From positions 1 to 41,961 of the forward strand of contig JAQGDQ010001416.1 in NCBI GenBank assembly GCA_030141605.1: a stretch of 41,961 nucleotides of DNA, written 5' to 3'. A program made the position numbers and the translations under genes. The stretch comes from Tubiluchus corallicola (lineage: Eukaryota; Animalia; Priapulida). The notes under the pieces are model-generated. The model was given only the letters and a program-made list of their open reading frames with translations, was not told the origin of the DNA and ran no database searches. Of the stretch, positions 1 to 12,435 are shown one piece after another; within the stretch, counting starts at the first letter, position 1, and the number at the start of each line of letters is the position of its first letter.

Positions 1-330
1 TAGCTAAGATAAAAAGTTAAAAAATAATTGCAAATAGGAATTTATTCAGTAGTTTGTAGCTAAGATAAAAAGTTAAAAAATAATTGCAAATAGGAATTTA
101 TTCAGTAGTTTGTAGCTAAGATAAAAAGTTAAAAAATAATTGCAAATAGGAATTTATTCAGTAGTTTGTAGCTAAGATAAAAAGTTAAAAAATAATTGCA
201 AATAGGAATTTATTCAGTAGTTTGTAGCTAAGATAAAAAGTTAAAAAATAATTGCAAATAGGAATTTACTCAGTAGTTTGTAGCTAAGATAAAAAGTTAA
301 AAAATAATTGCAAATAGGAATTTACTCAGT
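1..330. repeat. 56-bp tandem minisatellite (~6 copies, runs off the left edge)
   Basis: Unit TAGCTAAGATAAAAAGTTAAAAAATAATTGCAAATAGGAATTTATTCAGTAGTTTG repeats at 1, 57, 113 and onward, nearly identically. Confidence 0.95.
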
Positions 331-1012
331 TTTTCATTTCTAAAATACATTTAAATCCTTTGCAGTGATACATCAGCCATACTAAGGTGATGAGTTATGA
401 CTTATGCTTCTATACTGGTAATGCTGCGCCCATTGGCTAATAGATTCAGTGAGTTAATTGGGTCAAAACACTTTCAATCCCAAAGTGAGTCTATTCAGTC
501 TCGCCTACTGCATCTTAAAAAGCTGCACGATTTAAGTACTTTATGAACTCAGAAATACTTCCTTCAGTAGTTAAGAAACGTGATACAATATAAGAAGTGC
601 CTAGTTGAGTGAGGTATTTTGCAAAATGATTGTTTTCATGTCGTGTCCTAGCAAAGTGATCGGAACAGCGAGCCAAACAAAATTAAGGATTTCTGTCTTA
701 GTATAATGCTAGGAAATTTTGAGGAACAGTATTAAAGATAATGCAATGTTATCTTTCTGAGCATCGCAGTTTTAAATCATTTAACTCCATGCGTGCTTGG
801 TGCGTATATTGGCTACTAATTAATACTGTGAGGATGTAACTACAGTTAAAATAATGTTTGAAGATAGTACTGTCTATGGAAATATATATAAGTAGTGAAA
901 ATTCTTACAAAATTGACATTTTATTAATTCATCATGACTGTGATTGGCAGAATTTTTATAAACCATTGCGGTTTATTTTACCAATTATTACGTATTGCAA
1001 TTAATGAGTTGG

Positions 1013-1160
1013 AGAAAGGAGACAGTGAAAAATTGTGGACTAGTCGGGATTTGAACTTGAGACCTGGGATTAGTTCTCCCGGTGCTGTACGAACTAAGTT
1101 GCCAGCTAAGTATGACAGAGCGCACTTAAGATTTCTTCCTTGTAGCTCACAATCCGACAG
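1013..1160 (-). mobile_element. tRNA-like short interspersed repeat, copy 1
   Basis: Highly similar to 10997-11135. The minus strand has a B-box-like GTTCAAATCC followed by a T-run. Confidence 0.7.
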
Positions 1161-1178
1161 CGCCACCTATACCCATGA

Positions 1179-1323
1179 TAGACGGTTTAGTCTAGTGGTA
1201 ATGCGTCTGCTTTCCGTCTGGGAGGTCGTGAGTTCGAACCGGCGGCCGGGTCGTACCAAAGACTTTAAAAATGGTACCTGCTATTGCCCTGCCTGATGCG
1301 TGGTATTTAGGGTAGAAGTGAAG
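1179..1323 (+). mobile_element. tRNA-derived SINE fragment, possibly MetaSINE-type
   Basis: A-box-like TAGTCTAGTGG and B-box GTTCGAACC at tRNA spacing, then ACCAAAGACTTTAAAAATGGTACC, which from memory resembles the conserved Meta central domain (not checked by search). Confidence 0.6.
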
Positions 1324-1429
1324 TAACAATAGTCTCTGTTATGTAGTTGTAGGTTGTTATTTACAGTCAGCGATAATAGCTCTTTGAACTAATGTTAATT
1401 GTTGACCCAAAAGCCAACTTTAAATAAAG

Positions 1430-1607
<178 letters not shown>

Positions 1608-1768
1608 TAGTAGGGGGATGCTTTCGGTACCAAAAGTATTGATATCAATTTTGGCACTTTACATCCAATATTTCTAATCTTTGTGCTACTTTGTTGTTTG
1701 CTCGCCCTGCTAATCTGAGAAATTGTAGTGTTTCAATAATATACCTTTCTGTGTTTATTCTCGTTCAG

Positions 1769-1945
1769 GTGTTTGACGTCCGTTTAAATAACGTGGACGT
1801 CGTCTCCGATCTTGACATATTCAAAGAAGTGGGCCGAGGTGTCGCACATGACGAAATCATCGAATTCAAGGTGTCCAAGGGAAAGCTTCTTTTAGATGAC
1901 GATCAGATGCCATTTAATGGCGATTTAAAAGTTGAGTTTGTTAAG
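1769..1945 (+). CDS. MLEC: malectin, internal coding exon (177 nt, phase 0/0)
   Basis: TTCAG acceptor and GTAAG donor. Encodes VFDVRLNNVDVVSDLDIFKEVGRGVAHDEIIEF...KVEFVK, matching the malectin motif VFDVxLN..DLDIF..VG...AHDEII. Confidence 0.93.
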
Positions 1946-3139
1946 GTAAGAAGTCTGAAATATCGTAGCTGTAATTGTTTTATAACATTTGTAAGGATTT
2001 CAAATATTGTTTATGATTGTTATGCAACGATTCACATTTCAATCTTTTGTCACTAATGGCTGAAATGTTTACTATTTTACTATTGTTTTGTTTGTTTTAT
2101 ATTTTTTCTTTTGTTATTGCTTTATTTTGATCATTTTATTTAAGTAATTAACAAAAATTGCATCTAGTGTCATCAATTTTTTTCTGCTGTTACAATGTTA
2201 ATTTATAAGGGGTGAGTGACTAGATGACCTACGGTCTTTCCTCGCCCCATGTCCATGGGTAAAGTAAAGCTTTTTTGTAAAATGGAAATTTGTGATACAA
2301 TATTGGAGAAAATAAGTGTCTGTGTCCAATAATTCTTCAAGTAAGTTAAGTAATACTTGAACATACTTGTAGTCATGGAAACACTGTCTACAGAGGTTAA
2401 TACCACTGAATGCTTTATTGTAACATAATCAGCACAGAAATGTCTCACATATCCCATAAAGTGGATTAACCTGACTGTTCAGAGCACAGGTGAGTAAAAC
2501 AGACAGGTAACAAACTGAAAAAAAACTGACCAAAACCAAAAGCTTTACATTCCCGCCACAGATGGCGCCTCATGCACGAATTTGTAAGATCAACAAAAAA
2601 AGCTAAGTCTGCTACAATACTCATGATCTTAGTTTTTGCTCAATTTTTGTAAATATGTAAATTTCGTAAACAACCTCTTTGTTTTGTAGTTTTGTTAATT
2701 TGCAGTAATTTTATAATTATGTTTTTTTCATAATACTGTTTGTAGATAACGCTATTACTAGTTAGGCGCATATGTTGTGTATGATTGACCGGTATGCTGC
2801 CTCCGGTACGCAGTATTCATTTCTTATGCGCAATGTATTTTTGCTTCGTATACATAAGTTTTTAATTGGGAGATAAACAGTTTATCTATCTATCTACTTC
2901 AACATTTCAAGTAAAACTTTTTTAACAATTGTTAAGTTGTCGCGATTCCTGTAAAATATACATGTGTATATTGGACGTTAAAGTTTTGTCTACTCTTCAG
3001 TTTTGGGTCAGAACTGTACTTTTAAAATGTAATAGCATCATAAATATGATTACTCTCTGGGAACAGTGTAGTGGCGCTACCACTGCAGTTACTCTTTTAA
3101 AAAGTGGTTGTTGCAATTCTAGTTAATTGCTGAATGAAA

Positions 3140-3257
3140 CTACGGCCAAATCACGTTGAAAACACCGGTTCTCATCTGATCACCGAAGTTAAGCAACGTA
3201 GAACCTGGTTAGTACTTGGATAGGTGACCGCCTAGGAATACCAGGTGCTGTAGGCTT
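3140..3257 (+). pseudogene. 5S rRNA-derived head of the SINE
   Basis: CTACGGCCAAATCACGTTGAAAACACCGGTTCTC...GAAGTTAAGCAACG...TTAGTACTTGGATAGGTGACCGCCTAGGAATACCAGGTGCTGTAGGCTT is a near-complete metazoan 5S with several substitutions. Confidence 0.9.
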
Positions 3258-3710
3258 GCGGGATGCCCACACTGTATCTCGACACTAGGCGGAGGAGCTG
3301 CACAAGCAGCCAACGGCTAGAGGGCGGAGGAGGTCAAGTGACCCAACGGCCATGTGTAGAGGAGTAAACCTTCCAAATCAGGAGTGGAGCCCCGAAAGCG
3401 GACCAGTGCAGCACGCTCACTGACTCCAGCAGCTCCTGCAGCCAACCTGGTGCCAAACGTATCGCTCCGCTTTCCTTTGGACTACACCAGCGAGGAAGAG
3501 AGGTGGTTCCTGTTGTCTGGGCAACTCAGGATCTCCATACACCTTGCCCAGGCGTGCGCCCTGGAGAGGCCACTCCAGTGGTTCAAGGATCGGATTGCTC
3601 AGCCACAGTCGACGCTGCAGCTCCATCAATGTGATCAATTACTGACTCTCTTGGTGCACACTCCATTGTCTTCCGAGGCAGAAGGATGCCAACAACAACA
3701 ACAACAACAA
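3140..3710 (+). mobile_element. 5S rRNA-derived SINE (SINE3), full length, with RTE-derived body and (CAA)n tail
   Basis: 5S head at 3140-3257 without an oligo-T terminator, ~430-bp body, (CAA)7 tail, and 10-bp TSD CTGAATGAAA at 3130-3139 and 3711-3720. A second copy of the body is at 32331-32683. Confidence 0.9.
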
Positions 3711-4215
3711 CTGAATGAAAGTGATGCCACTACTTTCCCATTTTGCATCAACTTCTGTCTTTTGAGTATCGTTGATGTAATGCAGTGCAAAGTGTAGATT
3801 TCATGTTTTAAGAGCTAGTTAACAATCATAATTAAATTGTTATTAACATGTTTATTTACTTTAAAAATCAATGGTTTAAAGTTGTTGTCACTAAGCAACA
3901 ACTGTTCACTTTTGGGTGGTATGTGTTTTCCAAGAGAAGATTCAGAAGTAACAATGACCAGCAAGGCACATGGCGCATTAAAGTGTTGCCTCGCTGTGCA
4001 TGAGTTCATTACAACTACAAGTACACAATTAACTAAACCCGTGCAACTCTTCAGCTACTATGAAAACAACATGGAGACATTAGCTGTCTACCTCTAGAAC
4101 TAAATGCAGTGCATAGTACTGTTACAGCGCTACTTAAAAAAGTAGTGAAATTACAATTTACCACTATTTATTTTCAAAGTAGTGACCCTACTCCATTGCT
4201 ACTAATTTTTGTTGT

Positions 4216-4653
4216 GCTATGTAGTGGCAGTACAGTAGCTACTTGAGCTATTTAGTGGTAGTACAGTAGCTACTTGAGCTATGTAGTGGTAGTACAGTAG
4301 CTACTTGAGCTATGTAGTGGTAGTACAGTAGCTACTTGAGCTATGTAGTGGTAGTACAGTAGCTACTTGAGCTATGTAGTGGCAGTACAGTAGCTACTTG
4401 AGCTATTTAGTGGTAGTACAGTAGCTACTTGAGCTATGTAGTGGTAGTACAGTAGTTACTTGAGCTATTTAGTGGTAGTACAGTAGCTACTTGAGCTATG
4501 TAGTGGTAGTACAGTAGCTACTTGAGCTATGTAGTGGTAGTACAGTAGCTACTTGAGCTATTTAGTGGTAGTACAGTAGCTACTTGAGCTATGTAGTGGT
4601 AGTACAGTAGTTACTTGAGCTATGTAGTGGTAGTACAGTAGCTACTTGAGCTA
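4216..4653. repeat. 31-bp tandem minisatellite (~14 copies)
   Basis: Unit GCTATGTAGTGGTAGTACAGTAGCTACTTGA. Confidence 0.95.
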
Positions 4654-4948
4654 CTTTCCAATGTAGTGCTTTTTTGTAATCAATGATGTAAATTGTAAAA
4701 TAGATGCAGATTAAAGAAAGAGGTTTTAATCCTCTGAGGTTACAGTGGTATTTGCTCTAAATGCCATAATGAAAAAAGGCGTGCTATGTACTGTACCAAT
4801 GCTGATTTGCTACGGCTGCTGTAGGTCAGCGCTCAGTGAAATAGTGCTTAATGTTGGTGATACTCTAGATATAACACTGATTTTATTTCACAATGTATTA
4901 TAAGAACTGTTTAAGTAAACTGCAATCAAACTCCACGTTCTTTTCCAG

Positions 4949-5006
4949 ACGGACAGAGACAATCCCAAAGTAAATGCAGTTTACGTCATGAAGGGAACGA
5001 AAGATG
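4949..5006 (+). CDS. MLEC: malectin, short coding exon (58 nt, phase 0/1)
   Basis: TTTTCCAG acceptor and GTAAG donor. Encodes TDRDNPKVNAVYVMKGTKD (malectin DNPKV motif) and joins both neighbouring exons in frame. Not in the ORF track. Confidence 0.92.
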
Positions 5007-5049
5007 GTAAGTTATTCAAATTGCTGAATAAAGTTAGGACTCCATGAGT

Positions 5050-5440
5050 GCGTAATGCGTGACCCGTAACCCGTAATGCGTGACCCGTAACCCCTAATGT
5101 GTGACCCGTAACCCTTAATGTGTGACCCGTAACCCCTAATGCGTGACTCGTAACCTCTAATGTGTGACCTGTAACCCCTAATGTGTGACCCATAACCCCT
5201 AATGTGTGACCCGTAACCCCTAATGTGTGATTTGTTATCACATAATATGTGAACTGTAATCTGTAATATGTGATCGGTAACCCGTAGTGTGTGATCCATA
5301 TTCCATAATGTGTGATCCATGTTCGATAATGCATGACCCGTAATCCGTTATGTGCGATCCGTGATCCGTAATGTGTAATCCATATTCCGTAATGCGTGGC
5401 CGTAATCCGTAATGTCTAATGTGTAATCCGTGATCCATAA
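5050..5440. repeat. degenerate 21-bp minisatellite
   Basis: Unit approximately GTGACCCGTAACCCCTAATGT, decaying to the right. Confidence 0.85.
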
Positions 5441-6326
5441 TGCATGCAAGTTGACCGTTTCCATGTGTCCACACAGGTTGTGTGTTTTAACAAAATTGCG
5501 ATGCTCTTTCCGCCATTTTGGCTACTGTTCGTGAAAATTGGCAGTAATAGTTTTTGGAAGCCGTGTTTCTGTCGAAATTCCAGCACTACAGCGATCAAGA
5601 TTTAATCACAGCGGTGGTCATTTTTGACAGTTTTCTGACCGTAGCTGATAATTTTTCTGTTAGACACGAAAATTCAAAGGGAAGCCGCAGGTTTTGGATG
5701 CATGCTGCAAATGCAATTAGCCTTTTGCAAATGTAATTACACTCATATCTCTCTTTGCCAGACAAAAATGGGAAGATGTTGGTCCGAATTTGCCGACTGT
5801 CCGTATTTGCCGATACTAAGCTAAATATAGCAGTCGCCGTGTATTAGACTCGCAATTAATGTAGAATCAATCGCCTAATTGCCTCAAAAACGTCTAGTAT
5901 GGGCCACTCCTATGCAAAAGTATATAAAAACTATTGGCAGTTGATTCAAATAACTCTGCATTATTGACTCTAAACCACTTACACATGCTGATTAAACCAT
6001 TAAAGATGCTGACATACAGGCTGCACACGTGTCCATACATGCTGATTTGATGTAAACAAAGTGACGGCCTGCCAGCTAGCGGTCAGCTCGCTAAATAACA
6101 AACTGTGTCCGTAGTATGCCGGACTTTCTATGGACCAGATTTTGTCCGTTGTTGCCGGTATCAGCAAAAGTGAGGACCGGCAAACCGAGATATGAGTAAA
6201 AACTCTTCTGCAAAAACTCAAATGGAAGAAATATTACTGTGTTCAGGTCCTGAATTGACCAAAACTCACCTGACCAGGAAGCCAGTCAGAGAAAATGGTC
6301 ATCGGAAGCTTTAAAACTCACTAAAT

Positions 6327-6786
6327 CACCTAGGCAATGACATTTGTTGTGTGATGCATATTTGAACGATAGTGATCACGTTCGATTGAGTATCATCTAG
6401 GCAATGACATTTGTTGTGTGATGCATATTTGAACGATAGTGATCACGTTCGATTGAGTATCACCTAGGCGATCACATTTGTTGTGTGATGCATATTTGAA
6501 CGATAGTGATCACATTCGACTGAGTATCACCTAGGCGATGACATTTGTTGTGTGATGCATATTTGAACGATAGTGATCACGTTCGATTGAGTATCATCTA
6601 GGCAATGACATTTGTTGTGTGATGCATATTTGAACGATAGTGATCACGTTCGATTGAGTATCATCTAGGCAATGACATTTGTTGTGTGATGCATATTTGA
6701 ACGATAGTGATCACGTTCGATTGAGTATCACCTAGGCGATCACATTTGTTGTGTGATGCATATTTGAACGATAGTGATCACCTAGG
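6327..6786. repeat. 67-bp tandem satellite, left part (~7 copies)
   Basis: Unit CACCTAGGCAATGACATTTGTTGTGTGATGCATATTTGAACGATAGTGATCACGTTCGATTGAGTAT. Confidence 0.95.
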
Positions 6787-7964
6787 TGTAAGGTTCTTAC
6801 ACATAGCTAAACTAGATATTGCTGTAGTATAGTCTGTGGGAAGGGCTTCCTACCTATCACCCCTTCTTTCATAATATACTATAACCTATCCATGCATAAC
6901 ATGATCTTAGAAAGTGCATGACACAGATATCCAGGAGAGTACAGTGTAACTGCTGAATCTGAAAGCAGCTAAAATGCGTTAACTCTTATTAACTTTAACT
7001 TTACTTTACGAAAATGGTTAAAATCCTAAACTTGATTATATAAGAGTCTGAAGCACTAAACTTGTGCACATCTACTATTTGACTGATCTAACATAAAGAG
7101 ACTATCAGTGGTGATACCAAACTACTTCAGTTTTGATGTTGTGGATGGAGCTTTATTCACACTGATGAGATGTTGGAACTCTCTACGATGTGTCTTATTC
7201 TAAACTACATGGAAATGCGTGACTAGCCACCAGTGTCCAGACGTTGTGGATTGTGGACGTATCCTGAGTCAACCACAGAGACTTGTGAGCCATTCCTTAG
7301 TTCATGTTTGATTGGTGCTGCAGCCGGCGTCATCACCGTTGATTGTTATGGCCATAGACTTGAAGTCGTTGATGTGTTGCTGTGACTGACTGGAGTGAGC
7401 TACGTCCGCGGACTCCTCTCCCATGTCCTTGTCCTCTCAGGGGAAGGGTTAACTGATAAGTAGACATTTTGTTTTCTTTTCACTTTTTCATAACTGCTTT
7501 TATGCGAAACTGTTATTGATAATATGACCTGTTCTGATTTATCTAAACAGAGTAAAAAGTAAATAAAAATAGTAAACATAATCATAATCTTTTCCTCCAT
7601 TTCATAAAAGATTTTGTTGTCGGAATGTTTGGAATCTATGTATGTCATGGTCAACATGGAAAACCATAACGCCTAAGTAGACCCCCGTAAAACGTAACAT
7701 CAAGCCTTAGACCCGCTGGTTTTTCAAGTGAGCCCTTCGACATTGCAACCTCACTAAAGACATATTAATTATACCTGTGTCGTTGAATTTTTGGTTCATA
7801 TGCCTTGTTGCCCTCTGGAAAATTGTAGGACAACAACCGCCCACGTATGTTGCACAACCCTTTTATTGTGAATAAAAGATGACGCGACAGGTTAGTCAGA
7901 TTTGTGGATGAGTTGGGAGGTAAAGAGTCGCACCCCCACCATAAAAATCTACTAGCTCCCAACA
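6787..7964. mobile_element. probable solo LTR (1178 bp) inserted in the 67-bp satellite
   Basis: Starts TGT, ends ACA, and is flanked by the 5-bp duplication CTAGG (6782-6786, 7965-7969). No long ORF. The satellite resumes in register after it. Confidence 0.75.
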
Positions 7965-8430
7965 CTAGGCAATGACATTTGTTGTGTGATGCATATTTGA
8001 ACGATAGTGATCACGTTCGTTTGAGTATCACCTAGGTAATGACATGTGTTGTGTGATGCATATTTGAACGATAGTGATCACGTTCGATTGAGTATCACCT
8101 AGGCAATGACATTTGTTGTGTGATGCATATTTGAACGATAGTGATCACGTTCGATTGAGTATCACCTAGGCAATGACATTTGTTGTGTGATGCATATTTG
8201 AACGATAGTGATCGCGTTCAATTGAGTATCACCTAGGCAATGACATTTGTTGTGTGATGCATATTTGAACGATAGCGATCACGTTCATTTGAGTATCACC
8301 TAGGCAATGACATTTGTTGTGTGATGCATATTTGAACGATAGTGATCACGTTCATTTGAGTATCACCTAGGCAATGACATTTGTTGTGTGATGCATATTT
8401 GAACGATAGCGATCACGTTCGATTGAGTAT
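7965..8430. repeat. 67-bp tandem satellite, right part (~7 copies)
   Basis: Same unit as 6327-6786. Confidence 0.95.
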
Positions 8431-8715
8431 GGATCACGTATGGATTGCGCTTGACATACGCATGGAAACACTTCCACGTGTTTAAATACAAACTGTTGTA
8501 TATGCATGACAGATCACGCATTAAGTACACATGGTGTACTTGTATCTTAGTTCACCCATTGTATCTTAAGGGTGAACAAGTGTCAAATCTTATAGAAGTT
8601 TTTGCATGTGGTTATTATGCTCATTATCAATGCTTGTAGTGGCATCGTTAATTTTTACATATTATAATTATGCACATTTTAATACATATTGAAATTACAT
8701 TAATTAATTTCCTAT

Positions 8716-9470
<755 letters not shown>

Positions 9471-9615
9471 ATAATAGTAAAAAATCATTTGGAAATTTCT
9501 AGAAAATAAATTTTTCGAGTTGAGAAGTTTATAACATAAATGAACATTATCCATATTAATTCAACGAAACTTCCTTCTTTATTGCCTGCATAAATGACAT
9601 ATTTTTCTAATTTAG

Positions 9616-9854
9616 ATGTAGCAAAATTACCGGAATGGCCGACAGAACCTGTGATCGATGACGACGAACACGAGCTTTACGATGAAGAAGATGAAGAGCC
9701 GGCAAAACCGGCAAAACGACCGCCAAAGAAGCACAAGCCTTCAGGACCCAAATTAGCCGATCCGTATGCAACGACGGACACGCATACGATGTTACCAATT
9801 TTAGTGGCAATTGGTGCTTTTATACCGCTGCTATTTTGCTTGTGCAAACTTTGA
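9616..9854 (+). CDS. MLEC: malectin, terminal coding exon (acidic linker plus C-terminal TM anchor)
   Basis: TTTAG acceptor, phase 1. Encodes DVAKLP..acidic stretch..SGPKLADPYA..MLPILVAIGAFIPLLFCLCKL*, typical of the malectin C-terminus. Confidence 0.95.
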
Positions 9855-10996
9855 TATAGTGAATTGACGTTTCTTATTCTTCATTCCATCGTCAGTTTTG
9901 TTCTTCGATCTACATTGTCGTTTCGATTCTTCGTTAATCCGACTTGTTTAATGTCCGCGGCTGCAGTTTACCCGCCCGGCGTGCTCAGAACAACATTTTA
10001 ATTAGCCAGTTTGGATACTGAATAATCAAAACACATCTGCAGCAACAACAAATTATTATCTGTGCATCATTTTTGGAACTACGAAAGGCGTCTTCAAAAT
10101 GAATTCTGTCATCAAATATCGGGATTAGCTCTAGTGAGTAAATAATCTTCTGAAGTTTCCTTAGCAGCTGTATTTCTGTGATGAGAAAAACACGTTTAAA
10201 TTTCGACGATTTTAGTGAGTAGTTTTACCACCAGGTGGTGTTGGTGGTGCTGTTTTCCAATATATGCACTACGGGGCGCTTACGCATTTTTCTACCAATA
10301 ACAATGTCGTAAATTTGAACATGATGCGTTAGTTCCTGGATGTTTCGATAGTGAAAAAATTGAATGTGTCTTGAATCGGCTTTCCATTCTGGAATGCTGT
10401 GTAGTACATTGACTGATGACATACATTGCGAAAACAATGCGTGTCGTCATTAACATAAACATATGCAGTAAAAATAATTTTAAGTTTTGTGTCTCAATGA
10501 ATATTTTTTTAATTTTTTCACAAAACTGTGATTGAAATTTCTGAACTTGGAAAACTCTGTGCATGACTGTTCTCTTGTCTCTAGTAGTTAACCAAATGCC
10601 AACTGGTATGAATTTTCTAAGCGTTTCCATTTCTATATTACCGAAATCATAAGTTTAAAGTAAAAGTAAACGTTTTTTTAATAGGCGTGATAAAATCTTT
10701 CTGCAACTAATTTGCATTTTTGCTACTGTACGAATAGTAGTTTCCCACCTATGGCTGGCATAGTTAAATTATTTTATGGAAAATTTTTGGAAAATTTTTT
10801 GAGCCGCCTGTTCCAGTATCTAGCATTCAAGGTTCTAACTCATGTCACGGAACAGTGGAAAAAGTTGAAAACTTGTAATGCAATAGTTGATTTTTTCATC
10901 TGAAAAATGAGCAAATTCGGCAAAATCACAATTTAGTAGCACCGTAAACCTGTAAAGGACCATGTAGACTTTCTGGTGTACTTGATAACTAAATGG

Positions 10997-11135
10997 AAAA
11001 AGGAGACAGTGAAAAATTGTGGACTAGTTGGGATTTGAACCTGAGACCTAGGATTAGTTCTCCCATGCTGTATGAACCCAGCCAAGTATGACAGAGCACG
11101 CTTAAGATTTCTTCCTTGTAGTTCACCATCCAACA
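10997..11135 (-). mobile_element. tRNA-like short retroposon, copy 2, with 15-bp TSD
   Basis: Perfect direct repeat TTGATAACTAAATGG at 10982-10996 and 11136-11150. B-box GGTTCAAATCC on the minus strand. Confidence 0.8.
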
Positions 11136-11223
11136 TTGATAACTAAATGGTTTGCTATAGGAAGGGTCCTACTAAAACAGTGATGTTAAAACGTTCAGTT
11201 TTGCGTGTTCATTATATAGTCTG

Positions 11224-11470
11224 TAAAGGTACTTTCAGACTAGCGAGTCTTCAATTGCAAGTTTTCTCTCTGACAGCAAACCTGCAAGTGTGAACAGCTC
11301 TGATGAGTTTCTTGCAGCAAGCAGAAAATTGAGATTCAGCTCACACTTGCTCTCGGAGAGTAACTCACAGCAAGTTTTGCTGTCTAGTGTGAACATGCTT
11401 GCGAGTTACTTGACTAGTTTCTTGGCAAGTTTACTGGGCAAGAAAACTCACTAGTCTGAATGCATCTTTA
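11224..11470. mobile_element. MITE with ~25-bp imperfect TIRs
   Basis: TAAAGGTACTTTCAGACTAGCGAGT ... ACTCACTAGTCTGAATGCATCTTTA, with internal palindromes and TA/TWA flanks. Confidence 0.7.
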
Positions 11471-12435
11471 GGATAACTTTTACATGCCTCGTTTGTAATA
11501 TGTAACATCCATAGAGGACTGTCTGCCTTATGATTTTAGTAGTTTATGTTCAGTTAGCCTGCTCACATTGAGGCAGTTTACCCAGTTTGATTTTAGACTC
11601 TCAAGTGCTTGTTTGGCACACGTTTGAGCACACACGTCAGATATAGCGCTCCTTCTAAATGATAAAGCATAATGGTTATACATTTGCCAGTTGGCAATTT
11701 TGTCTGTCTTCTTTATGGGCAGTTAAAATAGCAGACCATACAATGCGTATGTTGGTCGTATGCTACATCGCAGAGAAGAGCATTGTAGTAGCTTGAACTT
11801 GGTCATACTGTACACCATCACGAACTAGTTTGCAAACAACGTGAGTAAGCTCATTCAGTGTGAGCAGGATATGCTGTCATATATGTTGCAATGAGAGTAA
11901 CTTTGTGTTAAGTGTAGGAAAATGATATTTTTGTAGATATGCTGATTGTTATATTGTGATGTTTTACATATTTTTATCTACGTGCGTAACTCTTTGTGCT
12001 TGTGTAACTCGTTCTCATTAACTGTATATTGCACAAATTTAAAGGCCCGTTAACAGTTATTAGGAGACTGTTCGAATGCTGCATTCACGTCGTTAAAACA
12101 GTTTTTGCAACGGCAGTTCACTTCCGAATCGCTGGCTAGGCATGTACCTGGCTTGTCTCGTGTTACTACGATAAATGCGAATGCATACATGACTTATAAA
12201 AACGTTCATTTTTTATGAAATGGCAAAAGTGAACTTGACTTTGTTTAAATGGTAAAAAATGTGAGCTAGAATTAACCATGTAGCAGACAGAGTTCATTTG
12301 TCTGATGTACATATAGCGAATAATTAAAATGACTTTTTTTCTGGAAGAAAACATTTGTATATTCAAGTTTCATGGTGAAATGGTTCATCACATTTGACTT
12401 GATACTAACTTAATAGCCTGGTTAGTACATCTTCT

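Noticed and set aside
1179-1255. Genuine tRNA gene
   Set aside because: A and B boxes are present, but I could not fold a proper acceptor stem and it continues into a SINE-like body.
3140-3257. Functional 5S rRNA gene
   Set aside because: It lacks the first bases and the oligo-T terminator, has substitutions including in box C, and sits inside a TSD-bounded retroposon.
3384-3797. 137-aa ORF and its homologues at 32383-32715
   Set aside because: They lie in the SINE body, run into the (CAA)n tail and are not kept intact between the two copies.
6327-8430. CRISPR-like array (also considered for 19000-19960 and 23712-25340)
   Set aside because: Units are head-to-tail with no unique spacers, there are no cas genes, and the context is a spliced eukaryotic locus.
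9866-9896. Minus-strand CTGACGA...GAAACGTC just after the malectin stop
   Set aside because: There is no stem II complementarity between the two core motifs.
11283-11350. Hammerhead-like CTGATGA...GAAA..TC in the MITE
   Set aside because: Stems I and III can be drawn, but stem II lacks the closing G-C pair and is out of register. The pairing is explained by the MITE's internal palindromes.
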